63,732 bases of DNA, filler included, from an uncultured Clostridia bacterium (GCA_964482715.1; 3 parts of 3 records of this genome joined end to end with filler, not necessarily neighbours in it), one strand, 5' to 3'. Positions 40,719 to 50,401 are shown, numbered from the whole stretch's first letter. Made by a program: numbers and translations. Notes: a model not told the origin generated them from the letters alone.

Positions 40719-41725
40719 TGCTCATACTGGGAATTGAAACCTCCTGCGATGAAACGGCTGTTTCCCTGGTTGAGGATGGAAACAAGATACTTTCTAATCT
40801 GATAGCTTCCCAACTGGAACTACATAAAAAATTCTGGGGAATAGTTCCAGAGGTAGCTTCCAGAAGACACCTTGAAGTGATCCTTCCTTTACTGAAAGAA
40901 TGCCTTGATGAAGCCAAAATAAGACTTGAAGATATAGATGCTGTAGCTGTTACGAAGGGTCCAGGACTTTCAGGTTCACTACTCGTGGGAGTAACGGTGG
41001 CCAAAGGAATATCTTTTTCTTTGGGAATTCCGCTTATAGGAATAAATCATCTGGAAGCTCATCTTTGGGCAGCCTTTCTTCTGGATTCTTCTCTTTCTCC
41101 TCCTTTTATTGGCCTTGTGATCTCCGGAGGACATACCGAACTTGTCTATCTTTCGGAGAAGAAAGAATACGAGCTTCTTGGTTCCACCAGAGATGACGCT
41201 GTAGGTGAAGCTTTTGACAAAGTAGCCAGAATCCTGAATCTGGAATATCCCGGAGGACCTGTAATTGAAAAAGTGGCAAAAAGAGGAGATCCATTCAAGA
41301 TAGATCTTCCTTTTCCTAAATTTAAGGAAGATACACTGGATTTCAGTTTTAGTGGATTAAAAACTGCCGTCCTTTACAAGGTGAAAAAATTAAAAGAAAA
41401 AAAACAGAAGATTCCTGTAGAAGACATTGCTGCAAGTTTTCAGCTTCAAATAGCAAAGATCATCTGGCAACGTATAAAAGAATCTGTCAAAATCAAAAAA
41501 ACAAACAGAGTAGTGCTGGGGGGTGGAGTTGCTTCCAATCAATTCATCAGAGATTTTATCCGAGAGAATTCTGAGAGCAAAATCCAGATATTTGTGCCTC
41601 CTCCCATCCTGTGCACAGATAATGCTGCTATGGTTGCCGCTCTTGGATTCGAAAAATTGAGACAAGGAAAGGTTTCTACTTATAGTCTGGAGGTCCAGCC
41701 CAACTTAAAGATAGGAGCAGATTAG
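40718..41725 (+). CDS. tsaD: tRNA N6-adenosine threonylcarbamoyltransferase
   Basis: GIETSCDETA, VPEVASRRH, NHLEAH, SGGHT, DDAVGEAFDK, FSFSGLKT, CTDNAAM. Confidence 0.97.
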   Translation: MLILGIETSCDETAVSLVEDGNKILSNLIASQLELHKKFWGIVPEVASRRHLEVILPLLKECLDEAKIRLEDIDAVAVTKGPGLSGSLLVGVTVAKGISFSLGIPLIGINHLEAHLWAAFLLDSSLSPPFIGLVISGGHTELVYLSEKKEYELLGSTRDDAVGEAFDKVARILNLEYPGGPVIEKVAKRGDPFKIDLPFPKFKEDTLDFSFSGLKTAVLYKVKKLKEKKQKIPVEDIAASFQLQIAKIIWQRIKESVKIKKTNRVVLGGGVASNQFIRDFIRENSESKIQIFVPPPILCTDNAAMVAALGFEKLRQGKVSTYSLEVQPNLKIGAD

Positions 41726-43752
41726 TCCAAGAAATAATCTTTTCTTTCCAATCTTTCTAAAAGAAGCTCCACTTCATCATCTATAATCCATTCTTCGTAA
41801 GCATCTTCACGTATTTCTTTTAAAAACCGGGATTGCTTCATGAGGACTGCCTGCCGCCAGTTGCCGCCAATTATGGGATAACAAAGATAAAGTTCCTCTT
41901 TCGCTCGAGTAGCAGCCACATAGAAAAGTCTTCTTTCCTCTTCCAGAGTTTCCTCCTTGTTTAAAGACTTAGCTGCCGGAAAGCGACCATCAGCAAGCCA
42001 AACAATGAAAACAACAGACCATTCCAGGCCCTTTGCCTGATGCACTGTGGAAAGGACCACACATTCATCTTCGTTATCGCCACCGGTTACCACCATTTCT
42101 GATTCCACACTACCAAGCAGAGCAAGTTCAGAAAGGAAACTTCTGAGAGAGGAAAAATCACGCGCGAAACTGGAAAGCTGATTTAAGTCCTCAATTCTTT
42201 CCTCATAATCAGGGTAGTTGTTTTTAAGGTAATCGCTGTAACCCTTCTGAAGGATAAACTGTATCATGCCTCCAGGATTTTTCTGCAGCGAAGGTTCCTG
42301 CAACGATGAAATGATACTGACAAATCTTGACCAGTCAGGAGAAACTCTCCTGGGGAAAAGATTTAAAATCTCCTTTGATTTTATTCTTTCCAAAGGCTGA
42401 TCACTTGATTGGATGTCTTTCCATATTCTGTCTGCTGTCACGTTCCCGATTCCTTTTAGCATTTTAAAAAGTCTCTTCCAGGAAAGCTCATCTCGGGGGT
42501 TAGCTAAAATCTTAAGATAGGCGGTGATATCTTTAATGTGGGCTCTCTCAAAAAACCTCAAACCAGATCTTACCACATAAGGAATCTGCCGTCTGGTAAG
42601 TTCCATCTGAATCTCCAGAGAGTGATAGTGAGAGCGGTAAAGAACGGCTATATCCTTTAGCTCTCTACCTTCGTCTCTTAATTCCAGGATCCTTTCAGCA
42701 ACAAATTCCGCCTGTTGACTAACGCTCCGCAAGGGAATAACTACTGGCTTTAAACTTCCTTTTTTTACCGGACGCAATTTTTTAGGAAATTGCTTTTTAT
42801 TAGCCGCAATAATAAAATTGGTAAGGTAAAGTATTTGAGGGGTGCTACGGTAATTAATTTCCAGTTTAAATATCTTAGCATCCGGATATCTCTTGGGAAA
42901 ATCAATTATATTGGCAAAATTTGCTCCCCTGAAGGAGTATATACTCTGAGAATCATCCCCTACCACCATTAAGTTACGATGGAATGAAGCCATTAAGTCT
43001 ATAATCTCTCCCTGAAGCTTGTTGGTATCTTGATATTCATCAACGAGGATATGGAGAAAATTTTCAGAATAAAACTTTTTAATCTCAGGATTTTCCAGAA
43101 AAAGTTTTTTCCAGTTAAAAAGAAGATCATCGAAATCCATCAAGTTGAGTCTTTGTTTGCGGACCTGATACTGTTTTAATACGCGCTGGATATCCTCAAG
43201 TTGAGGCTCAAAGAAGGGGTACTTTTTCATTACTATATCACTTATTTTTTGTCCTGTATTGATCGACAAGCTCAAAATGTCAGAAAGAACTTCGGTCTTG
43301 GGAAATCTTTTTTTCTTACAATCTATATTCAGATCTGTGAGGCATAAATCTAAAAGGTCTTTTGAATCCTCTTTGTCAATTATGGTGTAGTTGTTATCAT
43401 AACTCAAGCGATTGGCATGGCGTCTAAGAATAAGGTTCCCAATATGGTGAAATGTTCCGCCCCATATTTTTCTAACTTCGCTTGATAGAAGGTGCTCCAC
43501 CCGGTGAAGCATTTCTCTTGCGGCTTTATTGGTAAAAGTTACAAGAAGTATTTTCTCCGGGTTAACACCGGTATCAAGAAGCCAGGCTACTCTGTAGGTA
43601 ATAGTTCTTGTTTTTCCGCTTCCTGCTCCCGCAATTACGAGAATAGGTCCTCCCCCTGCCGTTACTGCCTCAAGTTGCTGCTCGTTAAGAGAGGCTTCAT
43701 AGTTAATTCTGGTGGAGGCCCCCCTTACCCCTTTTAAAGTGAATTTTTTCAT
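41722..43752 (-). CDS. UvrD/PcrA-family SF1 DNA helicase
   Basis: AGAGSGKT, TFTNKAA, VDEYQDTN, VGDDSQSIYSFRGA, NYRST, TVHQAKGLEW, EERRLFYVAATRAK. Confidence 0.95.
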   Translation of the reverse strand: MKKFTLKGVRGASTRINYEASLNEQQLEAVTAGGGPILVIAGAGSGKTRTITYRVAWLLDTGVNPEKILLVTFTNKAAREMLHRVEHLLSSEVRKIWGGTFHHIGNLILRRHANRLSYDNNYTIIDKEDSKDLLDLCLTDLNIDCKKKRFPKTEVLSDILSLSINTGQKISDIVMKKYPFFEPQLEDIQRVLKQYQVRKQRLNLMDFDDLLFNWKKLFLENPEIKKFYSENFLHILVDEYQDTNKLQGEIIDLMASFHRNLMVVGDDSQSIYSFRGANFANIIDFPKRYPDAKIFKLEINYRSTPQILYLTNFIIAANKKQFPKKLRPVKKGSLKPVVIPLRSVSQQAEFVAERILELRDEGRELKDIAVLYRSHYHSLEIQMELTRRQIPYVVRSGLRFFERAHIKDITAYLKILANPRDELSWKRLFKMLKGIGNVTADRIWKDIQSSDQPLERIKSKEILNLFPRRVSPDWSRFVSIISSLQEPSLQKNPGGMIQFILQKGYSDYLKNNYPDYEERIEDLNQLSSFARDFSSLRSFLSELALLGSVESEMVVTGGDNEDECVVLSTVHQAKGLEWSVVFIVWLADGRFPAAKSLNKEETLEEERRLFYVAATRAKEELYLCYPIIGGNWRQAVLMKQSRFLKEIREDAYEEWIIDDEVELLLERLERKDYFLD

Positions 43753-43910
43753 AAGCTACACTTTTTAATCTGAATTAAGGTAACTACTATAATAGCTGAT
43801 AAACCTCCAGTGTCAATCACATACATCTCCAGTTTCGGAAAAAATTCCAGAATTTCTTAAAAAAAGCCCATCATACCAACTTAAAATTTGGTTAAAAATA
43901 AAAAGAGGGC

Positions 43911-44146
43911 CTTAAATTGGGACACTTTTTCTCATAAAGATAAAAGCTCCCGGAGATACCTTGCAAGGAAGTCTCTTTTTGGTGAGCAGCCGGCCTTTAC
44001 ATGGTAGCCACTTTCGTACCCACAAAAAGAAAAGGCCAAGCTGCACTAAAATAATAGGTAAGATAAAACCTGTGCGAGGCACACCTCCTGCGAGATACCC
44101 GGGAGTCTAAAGAGAAAGATATGGGTAAAAACTGTCCCAATGTTAG
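43911..44146. mobile_element. MITE-like structured repeat, copy 2 (236 bp, inverted relative to copy 1)
   Basis: Ends CTTAAATTGGGACACTTTTT / AAAAACTGTCCCAATGTTAG. Flanked by the 9-bp near-duplication AAAGAGGGC / AAAGGGGGC. Confidence 0.78.
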
Positions 44147-44243
44147 AAAGGGGGCGTGTTGGCAAATTTAGCATGTTGTGGTAATATTAGATCTAATTAA
44201 TTTTGATTAAAATATGAATGTTATTAATGAGGAGGGCAAATAG

Positions 44244-44870
44244 ATGAAGACCATTCTTTGTTATGGTGATTCTAATACCTGGGGTTACAATCCCGCTACC
44301 AAGGAAAGATACTCCAAAGAGGAAAGATGGACAGGGATCTTGCAAAAAGAACTGGGAGAAAACTATGAAATAATTGAAGAAGGATTAAACGGAAGAACCA
44401 CCGTCTGGGATGATCCCATTGAGGGTTATAAAAATGGTAAAAAATACCTTATTCCCTGCCTTGAATCCCATCATCCAATTGACCTTGTCATAATAATGCT
44501 TGGGACCAATGATTTGAAAAAAAGATTCTCTCTTTCTGCTTTTGATATTGCTAATGGAGCCCAGGTTCTGGTAAATATAGTTCAAAAAAGTGAAGCAGGT
44601 CCGGGAGGAGCAGCACCAAAAGTTCTCTTGATGGCTCCCCCGCCTGTGGGAAAACTTACGGAATTCGCAGAGGAATTTGAAGGAGCAGAAGAAAAATCAC
44701 GGAGATTTTCCTACCATTTTAAACGAGTTGCTGATGAATGTGGATGTGAATTTTTAGATACTTCTAAAATAATTGTTTCCAGTGATATAGATGGAATCCA
44801 CTTTGAGGTTAGCGAGCACAAAAAACTGGGTCAGGCTGTTGCCAAAGTAGTGAAAAAAATTCTGAGGTAG
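44244..44870 (+). CDS. SGNH/GDSL hydrolase
   Basis: GDSNTWG, EEGLNGRTT, MLGTND, DGIH. Confidence 0.93.
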   Translation: MKTILCYGDSNTWGYNPATKERYSKEERWTGILQKELGENYEIIEEGLNGRTTVWDDPIEGYKNGKKYLIPCLESHHPIDLVIIMLGTNDLKKRFSLSAFDIANGAQVLVNIVQKSEAGPGGAAPKVLLMAPPPVGKLTEFAEEFEGAEEKSRRFSYHFKRVADECGCEFLDTSKIIVSSDIDGIHFEVSEHKKLGQAVAKVVKKILR

Positions 44871-44879
44871 GTTTATTCT

Positions 44880-45135
44880 ATGAAAAGAAATAACAGGCTC
44901 TTTAAAATAGCTGCAATCCAGATGACCTCTTTTAATGATAAGAAAATAAAATCTGGAAAAAGCGGAAAGCTTTATAGAGAAAGCAGCTCATGAAGGAGCC
45001 AAAGTCATAGCTTTACCTGAGCGTTTTAACTTTTCGGGTAAGGATGAAGAAAAAACCAAAACGCAGAACCTATTCCAGGGCCAACAATAGATCGGTTAGC
45101 CAGAATAACTAAAAAATTTAAAATCTTGATTATCA
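44880..45135 (+). pseudogene. Carbon-nitrogen hydrolase (nitrilase-family) pseudogene, frameshifted and 3'-truncated
   Basis: Segments in shifted frames read FKIAAIQMTS.. / NLEKAESFIEKAAHEGAKVIALPE.FNF / NAEPIPGPTIDRLARITKKFKI, then similarity stops. Confidence 0.8.
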
Positions 45136-45274
45136 AGAAAAAAATAAGGAAAAATATGCCCGGTCTTTCTCACAAAAGGCAGGATCTTTTTGCTTTTTGA
45201 GGTTAAAGAAAAAAATAAAACAGCCGATAATATAGGGGTTATTTAAAAAGGCAATAGAAGAGGAGAAAAAAAGA

Positions 45275-45436
45275 ATGAACGAAAGAACAATCATGGTGGA
45301 TAAGATAATCAACTCTCAAATACTACCTGGAACAATAGCGGTCTGGTGTAAAACTCTCGATCAATCAACACCTCTTCGATTGATCTTAACCAGAGAGGCT
45401 GCAGAGGAAATTCAGAAAGAATTGAGATTTGTTTAA
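45275..45436 (+). CDS. Small hypothetical protein (53 aa, below the ORF-track cutoff)
   Basis: GAGGAG SD upstream; MNERTIMVDKIINSQILPGTIAVWCKTLDQSTPLRLILTREAAEEIQKELRFV. Confidence 0.5.
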   Translation: MNERTIMVDKIINSQILPGTIAVWCKTLDQSTPLRLILTREAAEEIQKELRFV

Positions 45437-45600
45437 AGAAAAACACCAGCCTTGATCCTTCCTTGTACTCGTAATGTCGTTAATAATTCGAAGCTTCATC
45501 TTTTCCGACTATTCTATCAAAGACAAACGCTTTTTAGATTCCTAAATTTTATTGGAATCATTTCCTACCCCACCTGAAGTTGAAAGCTGGAGGCTATAAA

Positions 45601-45629
45601 TTGACAACCAGTCAACTAAGGTATAAAAT
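45601..45629 (+). promoter_or_regulatory. sigma70-type promoter of ftsH
   Basis: TTGACA-N17-TAAAAT. Confidence 0.7.
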
Positions 45630-45659
45630 CCTTAGAAGTATATTCCAAGAGAGGTAAAA

Positions 45660-47456
45660 ATGAGACCGAGAACCAAATTTTCAATTTTTTACGTTGTATC
45701 TGTATTCTTTGTTATGGTCTTAATTCAGCTTGTCCTGGTTGAATTATTTTTCCCTTCTCCTGAGAAACAATATGTTCCCTACAGCACATTTAAAAAAATG
45801 GTGAAGGAAGACAAAATAAAAAGTGTCGCCATAGGAGAAAGTGTTATCAAAGCTGTACCTAAAGGGAAAGAGCCGGTCAAAGTGATTGTTACCACTCCTG
45901 TTGAAGATCCTGAACTTATAAAAGAGCTTGAAAAGCATGACGTAGAATTTACAGGAATATACGAGAGTCACCTGATGAGAGACATCTTTTCATGGATCTT
46001 GCCACTGGTTTTATTTTTCTTCATATGGTTTGTACTCTTCAGGAGAATAGGGCCCGGAACGGGAGTTATGACCTTTGGGAAAAGTGGAGCAAAACTTTAT
46101 GCAGAAACTGACGTAAAAGTAACCTTTGATGATGTAGCTGGAGTGGATGAGGCTAAAGAAGAACTAAAAGAGATAATCGATTTTTTAAAGTCTCCTGAAA
46201 AGTTTCAGAGATTAGGAGGGAAACTCCCGAAAGGGGTTCTTCTTGTCGGTCCACCGGGCACTGGGAAAACCCTTCTGGCAAGAGCTGTAGCTGGTGAAGC
46301 AAAAGTGCCTTTTTTCTACATAAGTGGTTCTTCTTTTGTTGAGATGTTTGTTGGTGTCGGAGCCGCCAGGGTCAGGGATCTATTTACTCAAGCAATGGAG
46401 AAAGCTCCCTGCATTATTTTTATCGATGAACTGGATGCTATTGGTAAAGCAAGAGGTGTGGGGCCATCCATCAATGATGAAAGAGAACAAACTTTGAATC
46501 AGCTCCTCGTTGAGATGGATGGCTTTGATACTAAAAAAGGTGTAATAATTATGGCTGCTACAAACAGACCTGAAATTCTGGATCCAGCTCTGTTAAGACC
46601 TGGAAGATTTGACAGACAAATTCTGGTAGATCGTCCTGACATCAAGGGTCGGGAAGATATTCTGAGGGTTCACACCAGAAAAGTCAAATTGGGAGAAGAT
46701 GTTGATTTAAAAGTAATTGCGGCAAGAACTGCTGGCTTTGTGGGAGCAGATCTTGCCAATGTAGTAAATGATGCGGCTCTTCTTGCTGCAAGAAAAGGGA
46801 AAGATGAAGTGGGAATGGAAGAATTTGAAGAAGCCATTGATAGAATTCTGGCAGGCCTGGAAAAGAAAAACAGGATCATCAACAAAAAAGAAAGGGAAAT
46901 TGTAGCGTACCATGAAGCGGGACACGCTATAGTTGCTGAAACTCTTCCAACGACTGAAAAGGTTCATCGAATCTCTATTATTCCCAGGGGTATAGGTGCT
47001 CTGGGTTACACTTTACAGCTTCCCACAGAAGATAGATATCTGATGACTAAAGGAGAACTTCTCGATAAATTGTGTGTTCTACTGGGCGGAAGAGCTGCTG
47101 AAGAAATAATGTTTAACGAAATATCTACAGGAGCCCAAAATGATCTGCAAAGGGCAACAGATATTGCCCGCAAGATGGTAGTTAGCTATGGAATGAGCGA
47201 AAATTTAGGACCTATAACTTTTGGCAAACAAGATCAACCAACTTTTTTAAGGACCGACGGCTTTTTCACCCGGGGTGAATACAGTGAAAAAACGGCAATA
47301 GAGATAGACGAAGAGGTAAAGAGAATAATACGGGGAAGCCATCAAAAAGCCAAGAACATCCTTAAGAACAGAAAAGATAAACTCCAGAAGTTAGCATCTC
47401 TCCTGCTGGAAAGAGAAGTTATGGAAGGAGAAGAACTAAGAAAGATTTTGAAGTGA
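45660..47456 (+). CDS. ftsH: ATP-dependent zinc metalloprotease FtsH
   Basis: Two TM helices, [30 protein letters not shown] zinc motif. Confidence 0.97.
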   Translation: MRPRTKFSIFYVVSVFFVMVLIQLVLVELFFPSPEKQYVPYSTFKKMVKEDKIKSVAIGESVIKAVPKGKEPVKVIVTTPVEDPELIKELEKHDVEFTGIYESHLMRDIFSWILPLVLFFFIWFVLFRRIGPGTGVMTFGKSGAKLYAETDVKVTFDDVAGVDEAKEELKEIIDFLKSPEKFQRLGGKLPKGVLLVGPPGTGKTLLARAVAGEAKVPFFYISGSSFVEMFVGVGAARVRDLFTQAMEKAPCIIFIDELDAIGKARGVGPSINDEREQTLNQLLVEMDGFDTKKGVIIMAATNRPEILDPALLRPGRFDRQILVDRPDIKGREDILRVHTRKVKLGEDVDLKVIAARTAGFVGADLANVVNDAALLAARKGKDEVGMEEFEEAIDRILAGLEKKNRIINKKEREIVAYHEAGHAIVAETLPTTEKVHRISIIPRGIGALGYTLQLPTEDRYLMTKGELLDKLCVLLGGRAAEEIMFNEISTGAQNDLQRATDIARKMVVSYGMSENLGPITFGKQDQPTFLRTDGFFTRGEYSEKTAIEIDEEVKRIIRGSHQKAKNILKNRKDKLQKLASLLLEREVMEGEELRKILK

Positions 47457-47484
47457 ATTCTATAGATAATGATGGGGGTTAAAA

Positions 47485-48381
47485 ATGGCTCTTGTCCCTT
47501 TAAGAGAAATACTTGAAAAAGCAGAAAAAGGGAACTATGCTGTTGGGTATTTTGAAAGTTGGGATTATGGGTCTCTTGAAGCTACAGTTATGGCAGCAGA
47601 AGAGGTTAACTTTCCCATAATAGCTGGCTTTGGCGCCAGAACATTTTCCCGGAGGGATGAGTGGGATGAAAGGAAACTGATTTGTTTTGCCAGAATGGGT
47701 AAAGAACTGATAGAAAGATCTCCTGTCTCAATAAGTTTTATCCTTAACGAATCCAGCAATCCTTTGATGTTAAAAAGAGCCATGGAAGCCGGGTTCAATT
47801 GTGTTATGTTTGATGGAAGTCACCTTCCCCTTGAAGAAAATGTAAAATTGACCCGGGAAGTTGTAGAAGAGGCAAAAAAGTGGAAAGCCGATGTTGAAGG
47901 TCAGCTTGGTAATATTCCTTCTCTGGGAGAACCTGTACAAAAATCTGACTTTACCTCTCCGGAAGAAGCAAAAATATTTGTTGCAAAAACAGGTATTTCA
48001 GCTCTCGCCGTTTCGGTGGGTAATATCCACATGTCCTCTCCCAAAACCGGTGTTGACTTTGAACTTGCTGAAAAAATAAAAAAACTTAGTCGTGTACCTT
48101 TGGTCATGCATGGAGGGACAGGATTTCCTGATGAACTTGTTGTAGAAGCCGTAAAGAGAGGTTTCTACAAGTTTAATCTGGGAAGTATTTTAAAAAAAGT
48201 CTTCCTGCAAGAGATAAAAAACGGTCTGAATAAAGAAAACTTTGAGAAAGATGATCTTCAAATTGTCCATGACATAATTGATTCAGGAGGCGAAAAGGGA
48301 ATTTTCCAGAAGGCTTATTCCAGGGTAAAAGAAGTGGTAAAAGAAAAAGTAAAACTCTATAGCTTAAACAAAGTAAAATAA
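47485..48381 (+). CDS. Class II fructose/tagatose-bisphosphate aldolase-family protein (divergent)
   Basis: NYAVG, MFDGSHLPLEEN, LAVSVGNIH, PLVMHGGTG, KFNLG. HLDH is replaced by ILNE. Confidence 0.85.
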   Translation: MALVPLREILEKAEKGNYAVGYFESWDYGSLEATVMAAEEVNFPIIAGFGARTFSRRDEWDERKLICFARMGKELIERSPVSISFILNESSNPLMLKRAMEAGFNCVMFDGSHLPLEENVKLTREVVEEAKKWKADVEGQLGNIPSLGEPVQKSDFTSPEEAKIFVAKTGISALAVSVGNIHMSSPKTGVDFELAEKIKKLSRVPLVMHGGTGFPDELVVEAVKRGFYKFNLGSILKKVFLQEIKNGLNKENFEKDDLQIVHDIIDSGGEKGIFQKAYSRVKEVVKEKVKLYSLNKVK

Positions 48382-48394
48382 AGAAGGAGTCAAT

Positions 48395-48973
48395 ATGAAA
48401 CAGGAAATCTATTATTTTGAAAAGCCGGGACCTCAGAATACTAAAAAGACGCTGGAAATTGCCAGAAAAAGGGCTAAAGAGCTTGATATTGACCAGGTAG
48501 TTGTTGCTTCAACTCATGGAAACACAGGGTTTAAAGCACTGGATGTGTTCCAGAATACCAATGTTAGGGTCGTTGTGGTTACAATTTCACACGCATTTAA
48601 GAAAGAAGGATGGGTGATGGAGGATGAAGTGCGCAAGAAATTGAATGAAAAAGGGGCTCTGGTTGTTACTACTCTGCATGCTCTTGGAGATGATGTGAAC
48701 TTTGCCTTTACATCGGGTCAGCGAGCGGCTGCCTTTAATGCAGTCATTCGGGAAACTCTCTACCGATTCTGTCAGGGGATGAAGGTTTGTGTGGAAATTA
48801 CATTGATGGCGGTAGAAAGCGGTGCCACTGATGTTAACAAAGAAGTCATTGCTGTAGCTGGAACCAATGAAGGAGCGGACACAGCAGTTGTGATAAAGCC
48901 TGCCTATGCCAGGGATTTTCTTGGTTTAGAGATAAGAGAAATCCTGGCTAAACCCCGGCAGACATCCGATTGA
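48395..48973 (+). CDS. Pyruvate-kinase C-terminal alpha/beta domain protein (DUF1867-like)
   Basis: YFEKPGPQNT, VVVASTHG.TG, QGMKVCVEI.LMA, GADTAVVIKPA, IREILAKPR. Confidence 0.82.
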   Translation: MKQEIYYFEKPGPQNTKKTLEIARKRAKELDIDQVVVASTHGNTGFKALDVFQNTNVRVVVVTISHAFKKEGWVMEDEVRKKLNEKGALVVTTLHALGDDVNFAFTSGQRAAAFNAVIRETLYRFCQGMKVCVEITLMAVESGATDVNKEVIAVAGTNEGADTAVVIKPAYARDFLGLEIREILAKPRQTSD

Positions 48974-49039
48974 AAAAGTCTTCAAAATCAAGGATACTTG
49001 CATATTTACCTGTTTTTTACAATGAACATGTGAGATACA

Positions 49040-49205
49040 GCTTTTGTACTTTCAAAAGTTTCTTTTGCTAATCTATCCAGTGCTTGAAAATCTTTATCTT
49101 TTGGATAACCCTTAACTATTCCGGGTTAAGGAAGTTTCCGCCTTTACCTTGGTTAAAAGTCCCTTTAAATCCTCAACAAATTTATCTCCTCATCCATATG
49201 AGTTA
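49040..49205 (-). pseudogene. Remnant of the 3' end of a flavodiiron protein (FprA) gene
   Basis: Minus strand reads SYG*GDKFVEDLKGLLTKVKAE / PGIVKGYPKDKDFQALDRLAK: a flavodoxin-domain SYGWG motif with W changed to a stop, plus a frameshift. Boundaries are approximate. Confidence 0.65.
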
Positions 49206-49217
49206 ATCTTTCCATCT

Positions 49218-49904
49218 TCATATTTCCTCAAATTCTTCTTTGCCTGCACCACATATTGGACATACCCAGTCATCAGGCAGCTTATCAAACGGTGTTCCTG
49301 GTACTATTCCACTGTCCGGATCTCCTTTCTCAGGGTCATATACATAACCACATACCTTACATCTGTATTTTTTCACACCTTTCGTTTCCTTTTTGTTTTC
49401 TTCTTTAATATATGTGGGTGCAGTCTTCGGTGATTTACCTTTCTTGACTTCATGATAGTATGCATAAGTCATTGGCTCACCAGTACCAAGAATTTCGGCA
49501 TCAACAACCTTGCCAATAAATATGGTATGTGTTCCTACATCTACCATATTTGTAACCTCAGTTTCTAAATAAGCAATGGTGTATTCCAAAACTACAGGAG
49601 CACCAGTTATACCTGATTTGTATTTAACATCTTTGAATTTATCAGTATCCCTTCCCGATTTAAAGCCAAAATGCCCGATAAATCTCATTGGAGTTTCTTT
49701 TGATAAGATTGAAACAGCAAAAACCTTGCTTTCTTTTATAAATTCATGGGTTAGATTACTCTTGTTTATACTTACAGCTATTGTTGGTGGTTCAGATGTT
49801 ATCTGGAATACCGTGTTGGCAATCTGCCCATTATATTTTTCGTTCTTTACAGAACCAACAACATACAACCCATAGCTTACCTTGTATAAGGTTTTAATAT
49901 TCAT
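49218..49904 (-). CDS. High-molecular-weight rubredoxin (flavin reductase + rubredoxin)
   Basis: [32 protein letters not shown]-terminal CKVCGY...WVCPICG. Confidence 0.93.
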   Translation of the reverse strand: MNIKTLYKVSYGLYVVGSVKNEKYNGQIANTVFQITSEPPTIAVSINKSNLTHEFIKESKVFAVSILSKETPMRFIGHFGFKSGRDTDKFKDVKYKSGITGAPVVLEYTIAYLETEVTNMVDVGTHTIFIGKVVDAEILGTGEPMTYAYYHEVKKGKSPKTAPTYIKEENKKETKGVKKYRCKVCGYVYDPEKGDPDSGIVPGTPFDKLPDDWVCPICGAGKEEFEEI

Positions 49905-49926
49905 TTTTCACCTCTTCTTTAATATT

Positions 49927-50246
49927 TATTCACATTTCAAAGTAATTTTTTGTATGGCTACATGATGGACATTTTTCTGAAAAACCTCTCTTTTCGCAGT
50001 ACCTGCAAATTCAGGATACATTTTTGTATGCTCATAATTCCCGCCAGCAATTGGCGTCTTCAAGCTTTCTGCACAATTCCCCAAAGTTGCTGGTGCTACT
50101 ACTTCAACTTCAGCAGTTATCGGAAAGATTTCTGCAATTTACTTAAAACCCTTCTTTCTGGGCAATTTTGACACAAAAGGTGTATCTACTTCCTGCTGAC
50201 TTTCACCAATAAATGACTTTTTTAAATTTCATATTGTTTATTTCAT
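49927..50246 (-). pseudogene. Rubrerythrin pseudogene
   Basis: Minus-strand fragments NLKKSFIGESQ / RYTF..KIAQKEGF / IAEIF / NYEHTKMYPEFA.TAKRE / EKCPSCSHTKNYFE are interrupted by stops, frameshifts and deletions. Confidence 0.8.
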
Positions 50247-50401
50247 GGTTTTCACCGTCGCTAAATTTAAATTATTAAAGTTATTCAAAATCTTATCATA
50301 TCCGAAGTCAACGAGTTCATATAGCAACTATTATCTTTGTTGAACTTACTTTTTTCAAAAAGGATAAGCCTTTCCTTTTCAAAGGCAAGGTTCGGAGTTT
50401 C

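Noticed and set aside
39831-44146. Composite transposon or CRISPR interpretation of the repeats
   Set aside because: There is no transposase between the copies, each copy has its own flanking duplication, the cargo is housekeeping, and there is no repeat-spacer periodicity or cas gene.
45560-45600. TTTCCTACCCCACCTGAAG resembling an IS200/IS605 end
   Set aside because: There is no complementary hairpin arm and no tnpA/tnpB nearby; the resemblance is too weak.
49190-49200. In-frame TGA in SYG*G as selenocysteine or an alternative genetic code
   Set aside because: It occurs in a truncated, frameshifted remnant, and TGA serves as a normal stop in many intact genes here.
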